Of a stretch of DNA of 64,000 nt, positions 27,400 through 40,885 are shown piece after piece. A program made the translations under genes and the position numbers. Source of the DNA: Raillietiella orientalis (taxonomy: Eukaryota). The first letter of the stretch is position 1, and each line of letters begins with the position of its first letter. A model generated the notes under the pieces. It saw only the letters and a list, made by a program, of their open reading frames with translations. It ran no database searches and had not been told where the DNA came from. The stretch covers positions 558,001 to 622,000 of the forward strand of contig JAYWIR010000015.1 in NCBI GenBank assembly GCA_036172245.1, given 5' to 3'.

Positions 27400-29050
27400 T
27401 GTTTGGCTATGCTGATGGAGAAATGTCTCTTTTTTCTACAGAAAAGACAGCAAGAATGCATATTTCAACAATTTCCAAGTTGAATAAACAAGATATTGAT
27501 CCTTCTGGTTTGTAAACGATTGAAGGATTGAGGGTGAATCTTACTTGGGCATTTCTCAGTTTGGCATTCAAGTATGCAGAAAAATTAGTTGATCTCATTT
27601 GCCAGTGATCCTGTCCAGAATCCAGTAGTTCACAGCGTCGACTGCCTCCTCTGTGTCTATAGAGTGTTCCCAAGTCTACTCCTCCACACTTGCAAAGGCG
27701 TGAGCGCATTTCATTTTCATTCACATATGTTTTCTACTATGAACTACACACATGGAGATAGAAGTATTCATCTTCTTCATACTCTTCCATAGAAATTCGA
27801 TCAGAACTTTCGTATGCATATGGCATTGATGTTGAGTATGCAGATGGACCTCATCTGCTCCAGTTTTTGGAAAACTTAGTCTACTTAGTAATATTCTTGC
27901 ATCACGTTTATAGGTGTACTCTCCCCAGCATCTCCCCTTCCACTTGATTTGTTGACACCCTTACAAGAACAGACGCTTTCCTCCACCTTTTGTGGCGATG
28001 CTGGTTTCCCTACGTTTTTTTGTGTTGAGTCTGCTCTAACTTGCGCTTAGGCTGTTTTCTGAAGCACGCTAGGTTACTTCCTTGTGGAACTCGTCCTTAG
28101 GCTGTGCAGCCCTTTGTTCATCCTTCGTCAGATAACTGATTTCCGTTTAGAGTGAACATCCTTGGAACGGTCGATCTTCGGGGTCATGATGTTTTGCATC
28201 AATAGAATTTAATTGGTATAAATTTTTTTCTGTATTTTTTTCCTAAATCGCGATCTAACCTGAGAATGCTCAGCATCCGGATCTTCTGATCTCAGGAACA
28301 CATGCCCGAGAAAATAGCTTAGTGTCATTTCTTAAGGATGATCTTCTTAACTCTGACCCTCATATGTTTGCACATGAAATCTCAACGCTTGAAGTGGTTT
28401 GTGATGAAGCCGAAAAGGTGCATCACCATCGTATAGTTTTCGCTTACGTCCCGTGGTAACCTTTCGTTACCTTACATAACGAGGCAGCGTTTCATCAGTT
28501 ATTTGATAAGCTTCGAGTTAACGGACATCAAAAACGCCCTCATATAGGAGACAATTGCTTGATGTGATCTTTCTCATATGCAACTCGAGATGGATCTCAT
28601 TTATATTTTGGTTGTCTAATGTACTTATTTAGAATGTGATGAGCAACTCCTTCCCCCCCATCTAGGGCAGGGGCACGTCTTCATTTGTAATCTCTTCTTT
28701 GTACTCAGCATTGAGACTTTTCAAACAGCCTTAGCTTTAAGCTATAAGAAAAACCCTCCCTACGGACTTTGTTGCTCTGTTTTCTCTCTGATTGCTTTGG
28801 AGCCACTATCATATATCTTCAGTTGTTTGGGGTGGTGTCATTGCACTGTTCGGCTTGAAATCTGATCAGAGACCTTAATTCACAGTTTATTTATAAGGAA
28901 CTATTCCCAAAATCAACTTTAAACTCTTTATGCAAGAGTTTGCGAAAAGGTCGTCTCCAAGCCCACAATTACGCTTTCGAGTAATGGGGCATTCACATCT
29001 GGATTTATTTCAGAGGTCAACCCAACGGTAGTGCGAAGGAACCTATTCGG
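27400..29050 (-). mobile_element. Highly degenerate Ty1/copia LTR retrotransposon pol relic
   Basis: Minus-strand MRSRL...GVDLGTLY...HWQM...SAYLNAKL...YKPEG resembles copia RT (KARLV..GVDY..; HQMDV.SAYLNA.L...QPEG). Weak integrase-like remnants (INPDVNAP; GDD; PKQSER) lie upstream, in copia INT-then-RT order. No LTRs identified. Confidence 0.5.
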
Positions 29051-30826
29051 AGGACCCATTGTGACCATCACCAACACGAAGCTGGTCAAGAAGAATTCTT
29101 GCAATTAAGAATTTCTATCATGAAATCGAGTGCTCCTTCCCTAGCACGTTGTTCTTATACTTATCTAATTAAAACGCAAGATATTACAAATAGTCACAAA
29201 TATTCTTACGTCTAAAAGAATAGCCTTTCCCTGTATTTCAAGCATGGCAGGAAATCAGCCCATGGATTATCTTTCATTTTTTCCTTATGCATATTCTTCC
29301 AGTGTTATCCTATGCATCAAGTTAATCAAGAGTTAACCAAGAGAGTTAATTTCAATGTTATATTCAGTTTGCAACCTACCGTGTCCTTCCTGTTCAACCA
29401 AATCAGTCGACCTGAACAAAATAGATGGAAATAATACATTTCAATTTCTAGTAATTTGACTATGAAATATACTAGTCAATTGCAGGAATGGAGGATTGTG
29501 ACTTAAGACATGACATTTTTGCGGGAATAGACAATGAAAAATGAACACTGTACGCAGTTTGAAATGCAAATATCAAACTATACACTTTATTACTGTAAAA
29601 TTCTCTTCCAAGTCAGAAAAGTGGATCGAATAGTCTTAACTATAAATTCCTAAGATCTATTTCCGAATACCAATAATATTCGAAGAACTATATTTCGAAA
29701 CACTCCTTCAATCTGTCAGAGAATGACAGCATGAATTCAAATTATAAATTTAAGAAACTGATTCCTGACTGAAAGAATCATTAATTGCTCGTTTAGTCTA
29801 TTGCTAATATTGCAGGGGGGAAATTTTGGAATGGAATTAATAATTTAGATTAAAAATGTTCCCGATTAAAGTGTTTGATCTAAATCCGTGGACTTTTTTT
29901 CTGCAGAAAAGTTTTAACGTGTGCTGAACCCTGTATTGCATGAACTGGTTTTTTAAAAATTTTCTTTAAAAAACCCTATGGATAATTAGTCGGTACTCGT
30001 AAGTGAGGATTAAACATGCCACCTAATCGATTATTCTTAACCTTTTTGCACTTCGTGGTGATTACCTTATCAATTTTCAAGGATCTAACAAATTCTTAAG
30101 GCTATGATAAAAAGGAGAATAAGTTTAAAAAGTTTAGTACGCATGCGAGTAGCATGTGAATGTGTGTGCGCGGTTATGTGTGTGGGTGCATAGTGTTGCA
30201 TGTAGTAAATCGTTATATGCATAAATAGAGTTTAATTTCTTCGTAAGAAATCCTTTGAAATTTGAGAAGTCCACATTTTCGTTTTGGATTGGTTGTCGAA
30301 GCACATCGTACTTAAATGTCTGTGTCCAACAGCTTCCAGTTCTGTGTTAACGTGATTTACAAGAAGGGAAATTAGGTACTTGTGACATGGGTGTTCGTTC
30401 AGCCGTTTCTGTTATTATTCGAGTATTGGTATCTTGTGGCCATGAAAGTTCATGAAATCTTATTTCCTAAAACTTTCAAGATGAAATTGATTTCTGGTAA
30501 GTGCTCAGTACTGAGAGATTCTAAAGAATTTTTAATGAAATACTCGATTGGAGTCGCCAATAGTAGCATGAGATATTGATGATTAAATGTCCGTGCACAA
30601 GTACGTTTTGCCTTTATGGATTGAAATGTGGATTTTAATTATGAAAGTGTTTTTAATCTAAGAGTTTCAGAAAGCTATTTTTCTTCGTGAATGCATAAGC
30701 TGTTATGCTTGTAAGATAAATTAAAGAAAATCAAATAATTATGAGTAATTTTGCACTGTTAACTCCTTAACGAATTTGAGACTCAATCTAATTCTGTTGT
30801 ATTTTGGAAGAATAAATTTCGTCAGT

Positions 30827-33468
30827 ATGGCCTTGAGCACCACACCATCACCCAAAAGTCCAGAACAAACTGACAAAACAAGAAAGTATGATCGACAGTT
30901 AAGGTATAGACATTTAATGTAGTATTTTGTGGTCAAGGTACAAACTTATTATCAGTATCCAAATTTGTTATAAAATCAAATATCCAACCCTGATACCCTT
31001 CAAACCCTTAATTTGACACGAATGAAGTTCCTGTTTCCGTGGTGTGGTTTTGAAAATTTAGTTTGGTAAATTTGTTGCTAGAATCTTTTGTGCTTCAGTA
31101 TTGCGTTTTTCTGGAAGTAATTCCATTAGAGTTCCCACATTTTTATTTGAAAACGGTGGAAAATTCATCCGTTAACATTTTTCAGTAGTATTTAGGGACT
31201 TCGTAACAGGAATTTTAAACATTTGTAAAATAAGAAAAAATCCATTTTTTGTATTTATTCCATGGGAATTTCAGTAATTCAAACTGTATTTTAGATTATG
31301 GGGTGATATAGGACAGACAGCTTTAGAAAACTCACATGTTTGCTTAGTGCATGCATCTGCAACAGGAACTGAAACGTTAAAAAGTTTAGTTCTACCTGGT
31401 ATTGGAAGTTTCACAATTATCGATGAGAAGAAATTGACACTTCTTGATGCCGAAAATAAGTAAGTTTTTGACATACCAGGATTCCACATTCATATTTTGG
31501 GGATAATTCTCACATAATAATTCTTATACCTATATGGCATCAATATTTCCTACTTTGTGTCATAGGACTTTGAGAGAACATATGCATATAAAAAAAAACT
31601 ATATCTCAACTTATTTTTGGTAATGATGATGTCTTACAAGATTATTTTCCTGTATAGTAAAGCATAAAATATAATACTGTATCTAATTATTTTCCAGTAT
31701 AGTTTTATAGTTATATTGTGAGTATTACAGAACATACCATATCCTTTGGTGCCATCTTCAGTACACTGTTTAATTGCTTATAGTTTTTTCTTAGAGAAAG
31801 ATTCACGTTCTTCATCCAAAGGTAGAGGTCAAGTTGCATGTGAACTCTTGAGAGAATTAAATCCCGATGTTCAGGGTGATTGGATAGAGGAAAGTCCTGA
31901 ATACCTACTTCAGTATTCACCAGATATTTTTCTAAATTTTACTTTAGTCATTGCCACTGAGATGAAAGAAAAGTAAGTTGAAATCATGCAAGCAATTTGT
32001 AGATTATGCTCTAGGACACTGCTGTGTTTGTCCCAGAAACTATGGGACTGGAATATTCCATTGCTTGCTCTGAAATCTTATGGTTTTATTGGTTCTATCA
32101 GATTGCAGCTAATAGAGCATACCAGTAATAATTGCTCATTTTGTGTTTTCCAATTTACTGTTCATTTGCAGTCGTTGAATCTCATCCCGATAATTTTCAT
32201 GAAGATCTTCGAATGGATTGCCCTTTTCCGAAGTTAAAAGACTTCCTTGATTCTTTTTCGTTTGATGGATTACCAGAGAAAGAATTATCAAAGATTCCTT
32301 ATCTTATTGTGTTATACAAATATATACAAGAATGGCAGCAAGAACATGGCCATTTTCCTGTTTCTCACAAAGACAAAGGAGCCTTGAAAAACTATATACA
32401 GAAAGGTGCCCCTATTCTAGGAGGACATGCCTTATTTGTTCTTTCAGATATGACTAGCTATGATGGTTCTTTTGAAAGAGAGAACTTTGAAGAAGCTAAG
32501 CATGCTATTAATGCGGTATTAGTGCCTTCAGGAATTCCTCCTCAAGTGCAGTCCTTGTTGCATGATGAGTCCACTAATGTATCTGCCGAGGTAAGATTTT
32601 TATATCTGGATATGAATACTTATAGCACACTTTAGAGTAAGCCATTTTGGATACTGGTAAAAGCTTTGAGAGATTTCACAGACATGGAAGGTTTGTTACC
32701 TGTCAGAGGAACTATTCCTGACATGACATCAGATACTAGCTATTATGTAGCATTGCAAAAAATGTAAGAATGAGTAAAAATTAACCATATTGTGTAAAGC
32801 TTGTTCAAGTTATCGAGAAAAAGCAAATCATGATGCAGAGATCATGCATCGTCGTGTGCAGCTTCTTCTTCAGCAAGTAGGTCTCCCTGTGGATTATATT
32901 GCAGAGTCGGAAATCCGTTTATTTTGCCGCAATGCTCACTTCCTTTCTATACTTCGTGGGACCAGTCTAATTCAAGAGTATGAGAGAAAGATACCATGGT
33001 GGAATTGTAGTAAGTGCTGTTTAATTTTCATTTAATTACACTTTAAAATTCTCAAGCTGGGGAATTGGAAGCTACCAATGCTGTTATATATTATGTGCTG
33101 CTTAGGGCAGTAGAAAGATTCCAGACAGAATACGAACGATACCCAGGAACATTTGATGATTTGGTGGAACCTGACATTGGAAATCTGAAGGTCTGAATAA
33201 CAGACCAATTTTCATTTTATCTAAGTTTGAGATCTAGGCCCACATTAGCAAATTAATGAATGAATGGGGTTTAGCACTGAACATTCCTGATGATTATGTG
33301 CATGAGGTCTGTCGATTTGGGGGAGCAGAATTGCACTCGATAGCAGCCTTCATTGGAGGAATAGCTGCACATGAAGCTATCAAAGTGATCACCAATCAAT
33401 ATGTACCACTAGATAATACATTTATTTACGATGCCATCACAAACACTACTACTATAATAAAGCTATGA
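30827..33468 (+). CDS. NAE1: NEDD8-activating enzyme E1 regulatory subunit (APP-BP1); exons begin at 30827, 31295, ~31783, 32015, ~32172, 32448, 32636, 32810, 33057, ~33238
   Basis: [62 protein letters not shown]...ELNPDV...ESHPDN..EDLR...ENFEEA...[13 protein letters not shown]...[44 protein letters not shown]. Confidence 0.97.
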
Positions 33469-35911
33469 TAACATTCGTTTAAATTAGTCAGATCTCATTG
33501 CAGATCGTTTTCGTGATTGTTCCACATTTGACCCTTTGGAGAGGCTTCCTACATTCATATTTGTCATAATAAAAGGCCACTTTCATATCAGTTTTCTTCC
33601 AGGTTCTGTATGTGTATCGACTCGATGTACGATAAATGTTCTCGGTTGCTGTCTCCATTCAAGCATGGTATGTGTTTTTATGTGACTTACAACTCGCACC
33701 ACAAGACCCATTGATTTAGGTTCGCTATTTGAACTGGTGTTCAGATTCTGTCGACATTTCCATGTTTGTGTCCGTGGTTCTAGCTTTTAGAATTGTACCC
33801 CTCCCTAAATACAAAGTTGCAAACCTGATAATATCTCAGTATATCGTGTCTACTAGTTCGACTTTTTTTACGGGCATTTGAATGCTCTAGCCCGTTTGGG
33901 GGACAAAACTGCAAGATAATGCTCCATTGCATTTTGTAATGCAATGAGCTAAGTGAAACATGACTTTTAGTACTTCTCCCACTTACTCTTCTTCGTCACG
34001 TTAGATATTCATGTGCATCTTGATGCAAGTTGCTGTATTGATGTATCTGTTGATATAGCAAATTCAGGCAACGAATCATCCATTCTCAGGTTTTGAGGAG
34101 AAACTAATTATCTGTAAACTGTTATTATTTATTGTCTGCACAATTCAAGCCACATAGCTTTTTTACTCATTTTTATGTTGCATATGGTTTTTCTTCTGAA
34201 AAAAAGAGCGATATATGCATAAAATGTTCAAAAACCGATATTTTAAGTGAGTAATTCATATTTCATATTCTATGTTTATAGAATAAAAAAGGATTTGCAT
34301 TTGATCAAGTGCTACTAATGTCCACAATGTAACTTTGCATCAATCATTATTGAGGAAAACGCTATGCATCTTGTAGATATCAATTTCTTCCGGAAGTATC
34401 TGAGTAACACAGTCCGCAAATGTTTAAACAATTTCAGCAACAAAATGGTGCAGTTTCTATATATCTAACTCAAGAGTAGTTAGTTTTAGCCCTAACTGAA
34501 ACTACATATGTCACTCGGGAGTGCAGATGAAAACAAGTGTATCCATAATCTTCAATCTATAATCTATTTATGATCGGAATTTGAGAAATTGATTGTTGTA
34601 TAGCCGTTTATTAGTGTTGAGTAGTTGATCCACAAGTCGTAATTCAACATATAATTCAATACTGCACTCTTCAGTTCTAGTACATTAGTCCGATTCGGTG
34701 ATTTATAACAGTATTACAAAGAAATTCAGATTCAGCATAATCCAAATGATAAAGTGGAATATAACTTTTCAATATTAAAGAGAGCAGGTAAGTGAAGTTT
34801 TACTGGGGTTTGAAATGTGCTTACTGAAGATTATAGAGATGTATGACGTAAACTTCGTGAACTTATTTTTATTTTATTACCGTCACTTTGAATGACACCC
34901 TCCTTATCATTATAGCCTGCTCATATTCCCTCTTAAAGTATTTTGGTTTCTTTGCAATTTAAAGCTTTGAGTACAAACAAAGCAATCCTGACTTTTAAGC
35001 CTTTAGCATGGAATGATACTAATATTGTCATGAGCACATTTTCGTATACACACATGTGTACGTCTCCTTGAATTCGAGTTTGGAGACGTACAACCTCTCC
35101 CTTCGATCGAACTGGTACAAGCTTTAAGAGCTGAATAAACCTCCTCCTTCTAGAAATGAAATTGATGGATGAAATCTCTGCAATTTCAAGGGACTATAGT
35201 CCTTTAAAATTGTGCGTTTTTAAATTTAAAGTCCTTTCATATTTAACTGCGTTTTTAAATTTCCTTTTGCTTCTATAGGTAGGGTAGACGATATCGTAGT
35301 AGTCAGTTTCAAGAGACTTTGGAACAAAAGAGTTTTCTGATGAATTAATGTGGTGGCACATCCGCAGCTCTCTTGGCTCTAGCTGATGATGCTAGCGGTC
35401 TTTCGTGATTGAAATCACCAAATCCTTTTTACAAACCTATTATAGATGAGCCTTCGTCGATAAGTACTCCATTCACGTTTCCATAAGATCTGAGAGCACT
35501 TATTATTGACGAAACTTTTGCAACGAGATTTCCTGTCCCGATTGAAAAGGAAATCCTGCGTGTCAAGGAAAGGTGATCTCCTGCTTCAGGATCGTCTCTG
35601 TTGCTCAATGTAGCAGCACTCCAGCACAGAGCAACTACCTAAGTCTCGTCGAAAAATATTGTGCTGCATGATCAACTACCAGAGAGAAGGATGTCCTCCC
35701 GATGCATTTTCCTTGAATGATATCTAAAGATATCGAAACTGTTTCGAATGCATCTTGATACGGGTAGTGCGTGGTAGATATATCTGTTCAACGTGTTAAT
35801 ATTTATTAGGAGCAAAAAATCGAGATGAGGTCATCATGCAATCCTCGACGAGATTCCTCCGAAGTCTCTACAGTAAGCTCGCTAAATGATTTGTTTGAGG
35901 TGCTTATTCCC

Positions 35912-36508
35912 AATTTCACCCGGGTGCGCCTGGGCGTTTATTCTTTCGAATGAAACCTTTACAGAATCCGTGGCTGGACCAGTGATCCAACCACGCCCTA
36001 GATGTTCAAAGCCTGCCGGGTCACCAGTTCGCAAACAGGTGCGGTCCGCCTCGGCAGCAGAGGGGAGGGGGCAAAAAAAAAAGAAAAAGAAAAAATCAAA
36101 AATAAATAAAAACTGGGGAGGGAGCGGGAAGGGATCACAGTCTGCTAGTTGGGGTCCGTCACATCCTCTGGAGGATGTTGGCAAGCTCTTCCTGAATATG
36201 GGCTTCCGGGTGGGGTCATCGCGTCGCCATCCTCAGGAACGGACGGCGTATTCGCCGGCATCCCTATCGCTGGGTCCTCCCGTCGCGCTGCTCCATGCAG
36301 CGGCGATCCCGCGCAGGCAGCACAGGGCTGCAAGGGAGGCCGCCGGCCGGAGGGCGTTGCGAACGAAGAGGGGTCGAATTGCGTCCCTGGAGTTGCCTCA
36401 GAGGATACTTTGGGTCGCAGCAAAGCGTTCCCATAAGGAGCGGAGGGCAACACAATCCACTAATAGGTAGGGGAAAGATATCCTCTCCCCGCACCTAGCA
36501 CAATTGAC
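35912..36508 (-). mobile_element. 5'-truncated L1/Tx1-like LINE copy (597 bp)
   Basis: Degenerate C-terminal zinc finger (C.RCGERISFPYLLVDCVALRSLWER)...ELANILQRM, U-rich UTR, terminus AATAAACGCCCAGGCGCACCCGGGTG. 12-bp TSD GTGCTTATTCCC at 35900-35911 and 36509-36520. Confidence 0.9.
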
Positions 36509-38525
36509 GTGCTTATTCCCGGACCTCACATGACTTTTTACATAAAGCTTCTCGAGTCTTGTTAGGAAGCGTAGTTACTCGTAACTTAGTAGTTACTCAC
36601 TCCACGAAAGCACTCTAGTAAATTATCCCAATGCTGAATTCATAGTCAACTGAGACTCATCCCAAACACAAGATGCATACATTTATTCTTTGCTTAAGAA
36701 AGCAAAACTCTTCCGGTCGTTTCTAGAAGCTTCGTCTTTGGAAGTGACTTTTTGTTCTTGTCCACTTACAAACGAAAATTGAACATTTTATTGGCGCGCT
36801 GGACTCCGGAATGAAGATGGATGAAATGAATTGCCGACTGGTACCCAGCTGTTAAAGCTGGAAATCCACAGAGGCAGAAGACCCCTGACTCCTGAAACTT
36901 TCGACTGTGAAGAATCCTCAATCTCATATATGGAATAAACATTAATAGTCATCCATATTTTCCCATGAATAAAATATTTGTTTCCACTGAATTGTTTCTC
37001 TATCCGGATGAACGACAAAATATCATGCATATCTTAATAAAGCTGTTTGCTGACCACATCAGAGATCCGAGCTAGGCTGCTTGAAAGAAAACTGCTCTGA
37101 GAATTATTATTGCTCATTTCAGCGTGAACCAGATCCTTTCCATCCACATTCCAGATCCACAACCGCAGTAGAGAAGCAATGTGTGAACGTTAGATAGTGT
37201 TTTCGGTTCAGCATTGGAGCTTTAGCACAGTATGTGAAACCCTCTGACACGAAGGTGATGGAGATCCAGAAAAAGCAGGGTCGACTTGCACAACGGGTTC
37301 CAGTCATTCTTCCTTTCTCTCTGGATGCTAGAGCTAGTATTCTGTCTCAGCATCAGAAATATTTCACCACTGTCCTTTACTGCTTGGTTGACGATTTTCC
37401 ATCCAACAGCACTGTGATACCTTGGCAAGTTGATGCACGATCACAAATTCCAATGCGGTTGCCTTAGCAACGCAGCTGTATCACACTGAAGAATGCCGCT
37501 GCACTAAAAAGCCCCGAATGATTAGAATATGGACATTGAGTATTTCGACGATGACGATGACCATACGGACTATGATCATTCTGTTTATATATGTATGCGT
37601 CTCAGAATAGCTGCTTCCTCTGAGTACCTATGTTCATCTTAATTAAGCAACAGACATTTGATGGGTTCCAGCATAAAGCACATGCCTTTCAAATTCACGA
37701 ATATTCACATGGTTTATGAAAACAAGGAATACCATAGTAGCTATGATCTTTCTAATATATCATGTTTTAAGGTAATAATCCCATGTATTATATGTGTTTC
37801 CAGATTATGTATAAATCAGTCATTTTCTAGTTGTTTTTTTAAATGCACGATGAGTATTTAATGCAATGAGATACACATATATCTTTTTAACGTTTTATTG
37901 TGTGTTCCACACTTGTATGCATTTGATAGAGTGAACAATTTTTTTGAAATGTATGCTTTCTGTAAAATAAACAACATGCTTTCTACCAGTCCCATGATTT
38001 CTAAACCTAGAAAAAACAGTTGAATCCTCGACAGGCTTTTCTTAGTGTTGTGTTAAGAGTAGTAGAATAAGCAATGATCTTTATGATCTTTCGGGATTTT
38101 GATCAGCCCCGATTGTTTTCATGTTCCTCATGGGATGGAGGGTCTCCAGGGATAGGATTCGGCATGAATTTTGCACCTAGTCTATGAAACGTGTTTCTTG
38201 AAGTGATTTGCTCCGTCATCTATTTTCTCTATGCATTCCACATGGGCTGCTTTTCGATAGTGTTCCACAGTTGTTAAAGCCTATAAGGTTGGTCTTTAAC
38301 TGCTTCGTGCAAATCTGGATTTTCGAAATGGTTTCAGATTCATTCTTTGATGATTTTTTTCCGGATCAACCACATCCATATTTTACAAAGTGTGTCAACT
38401 TCCTGGCTTCCGTCGCTTGCTTCGTTCTTATTTATCAGTAATGATTCGTGCTTTCGAGTTCGTGTCAGCAAAATCTTTTTAAAACTTCTAGCACGTGATC
38501 CAAGATGGAGAAAGCATTCCAATAG

Positions 38526-38640
38526 CCCCAGTGCAACACTGGGGAGGGGACTATCCTACAAGGATTCAGTAGGATGCGTTCACTCCTTGTAGGGTCCTAC
38601 GAGGATACCCAGTTGTAGGATCCTCCTACGAGGATCCACA
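38526..38640. repeat. Cluster of CCTAC(A/G)AGGAT-like motifs in both orientations, preceded by an 8-bp hairpin
   Basis: CCCCAGTG-CAA-CACTGGGG, then tcctacaaggat, gtaggat, tccttgtagg, tcctacgaggat, ttgtaggat, tcctacgaggat. Confidence 0.7.
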
Positions 38641-38929
38641 ACACCTTGTTAAGATGCAATGTTTTGTGTCGGCTGTATGTGGCTTCTTCCAACTCCATGG
38701 CACTAACGGCTAGTAATGGTCACTTGTAGTTTCTTCCATAAACAACAAGATACTTTATTAGTTAACGAGATATTTTAAAGATACTTGTTACCATGATTTT
38801 GTTTCGGAAGATTTAGCTGTGGAAAAGAATGACCTTCGTAAGTATGGATCCAGTCATCTACAAGTATATTTATCAGTACATTTTTATCAGCGTACATTTT
38901 TGCCTTTATAAGAATATACACATGTATGT

Positions 38930-39060
38930 GGCCCGCGTTGGTGACGGTGTGACTACGGTCTCCGTTCGTGGTACCAACTGTTGAGGGTTCGAACCCCCAC
39001 GTGGAGGATCGACGTCGAGAAATGGGCGCGTCGTGGGTTTCGAGTCTCCCCCGTAGAATG
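38930..39060 (+). mobile_element. Possible tRNA-derived SINE head
   Basis: GC-rich island beginning GGCCCGCGTTGG with B-box GGTTCGAACCCC (~38987) and a second B-box-like GGTTTCGAGTCTCC. No complete cloverleaf. Confidence 0.4.
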
Positions 39061-39075
39061 ACGCTGGTTGGCCTA

Positions 39076-39572
39076 TTCGGGCCACGCCGGGGCGTTTATT
39101 TATAAACCTACATGGCTGTGGCAGGACGTTTGATCCTGCCACGCTACTTATAACTACGAGGAGGAACCTGCCGGGAACTGGCACACAGGCCAGCGGGGTT
39201 CGCCTCGGCAGCACTGGGGAAGGAGAGACAAACAAAAATAAAATAAAATAAAACAAAAAGCATACCGTCAAAAAAATGGGGGGTTCGAGAAGGAATCACT
39301 TCGTGCTGGAGGGTGTCCTCTGCATCCTTGTAAGGATGCGGGCAAGTTCCTGTTTCAAGATTCCCAGATGGGGCCATCTTGACCTCTCCGGGGGTACCTC
39401 CGGAGAGAATAAGGAAGAGGTTCCCTTTGGGGTTCCCACCTGAGTGTAAGAGGATAGGATTCCTTCCTCCGGAGCCTTCCTGGATTTATAGAGTGGTTCC
39501 CTTCCGGGGTGCCCCCTAACTTGAAGTGCTACACGTACCCTCGGGTGACGTGGACAGTGTTGAAGAGCTTAG
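39076..39572 (-). mobile_element. Non-autonomous bipartite derivative of the LINE family (ORF1-like 5' piece fused to ORF2 C-terminus and 3'UTR)
   Basis: 39470-39570 aligns with 51010-51105. ELARILTRMQRTPSSTK* is followed by a 3'UTR closely similar to 50300-50480, ending AATAAACGCCCCGGCGTGGCCCG. Confidence 0.78.
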
Positions 39573-40629
39573 TAAACCCCCTCCCCCCTCCCCCCCTCCC
39601 AAAGAGGGGAAGAGTTCCTGAGAACTTTGCGAACCCCCCCTCCCCCCCCCCCCAAAAAAAAAATGAAAACATGTAGGTTTACATGCATGCATGAGTTTTC
39701 TATTCTTTTCATTACGTGATGCTTACAGTGAAAAGAGGTGAATGAGCGTACAGCTTCAAACGTTATCAATACAATGGAAAACGTACTGTACTGAAAATTC
39801 GGTTCTCCCTAAAATGAACCAGGCTTGGAACTCGGAATCCTTTCGACGAAAGGGCAATCCGCAGAACTTCCTCTTTGATTCCTTTTGGTTATTCGTCTTG
39901 TTCAGACTCCGGCGACGAAGCCGCTCTCGTCCTGCGAGGCTGCACACCCTCGACCCCAGGGTCTCCACAACCCTTTCCGTCGCAAGCGGGATGCCTAACT
40001 GCTTCTATGGAGCACACATCTTTCCGAAGATGGCAGCAGCGGGGTTCCACCCTAACCAACCGCGTTCTGCTCAGCACGAAGAGCAATCTCGCAACGCTTC
40101 GTCCTCTCCCTCCCTTCCCCAGCTGTGAGAACACCTCCGTGCTTCCAATAAGGATCCCTGGGCTCTTACAGGTCAGTGCTAACCAAAGGAAAGGGTGACA
40201 GGCATTTTTGCGCCTGGAGGCATTTTGAACTCTGTGAGGGCACAAACAGACAAAATGACCGGGCATTCAGGATCCAGTATTAGAAGCAATCAACCAGACC
40301 GTTCGGGGGGCAAACTAAAAACCGATGCCAGGTATGGTGCTTCAGGACAAGTAGGAGAGTTCCTCTCGGATGCTCGCCCGGCCCTACTAGTATCCATCAG
40401 AGGCACTGAAAGAGTCAGGACGGAAAATGGACAGCGAGTGCCGAGAACTTGCTCGTTGCTCCGCTCCCGAAGCGGAAGCATTAATTGGGATCTTGGGACT
40501 TGGCCGATGACGATAAAAATGAGGGAACTGAAAATTATCAAGGAGCTGGAAGTGCACATGAGGAGCGAGATGGTGCATGCTCAGACTCACGGGTGTTCCT
40601 AGAACGTGCACTAGAAGCATAGACTAGGT

Positions 40630-40885
40630 CAGCGTTTCCCAAACTATGTTCCGCGGAACACTGGTGTTCCGTGGAAAGTCAATAAGTGTTCCGTGAAAAG
40701 TTATGGAAATTTTACATAATTCAAATTTGAGAATAAATGTTTACTTTCTTTTCTTAACTCTTATATTTACTTGCTTAATTTATTTGCTGTTAATATCTAC
40801 CTACCCTATAAAATAACCAAGGTATTCCGTTACCATTTCAGGATTTGTGAAGTGTTCCATCATAGGAAATGTGTGGGAAACGCTG
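40630..40885. mobile_element. hAT-superfamily (Buster/Charlie-type) MITE, 256 bp
   Basis: TIRs CAGCGTTTCCCA...TGGGAAACGCTG; perfect 8-bp TSD GACTAGGT (40622-40629, 40886-40893) with central TA; subterminal GTGTTCCG repeats. Confidence 0.93.
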
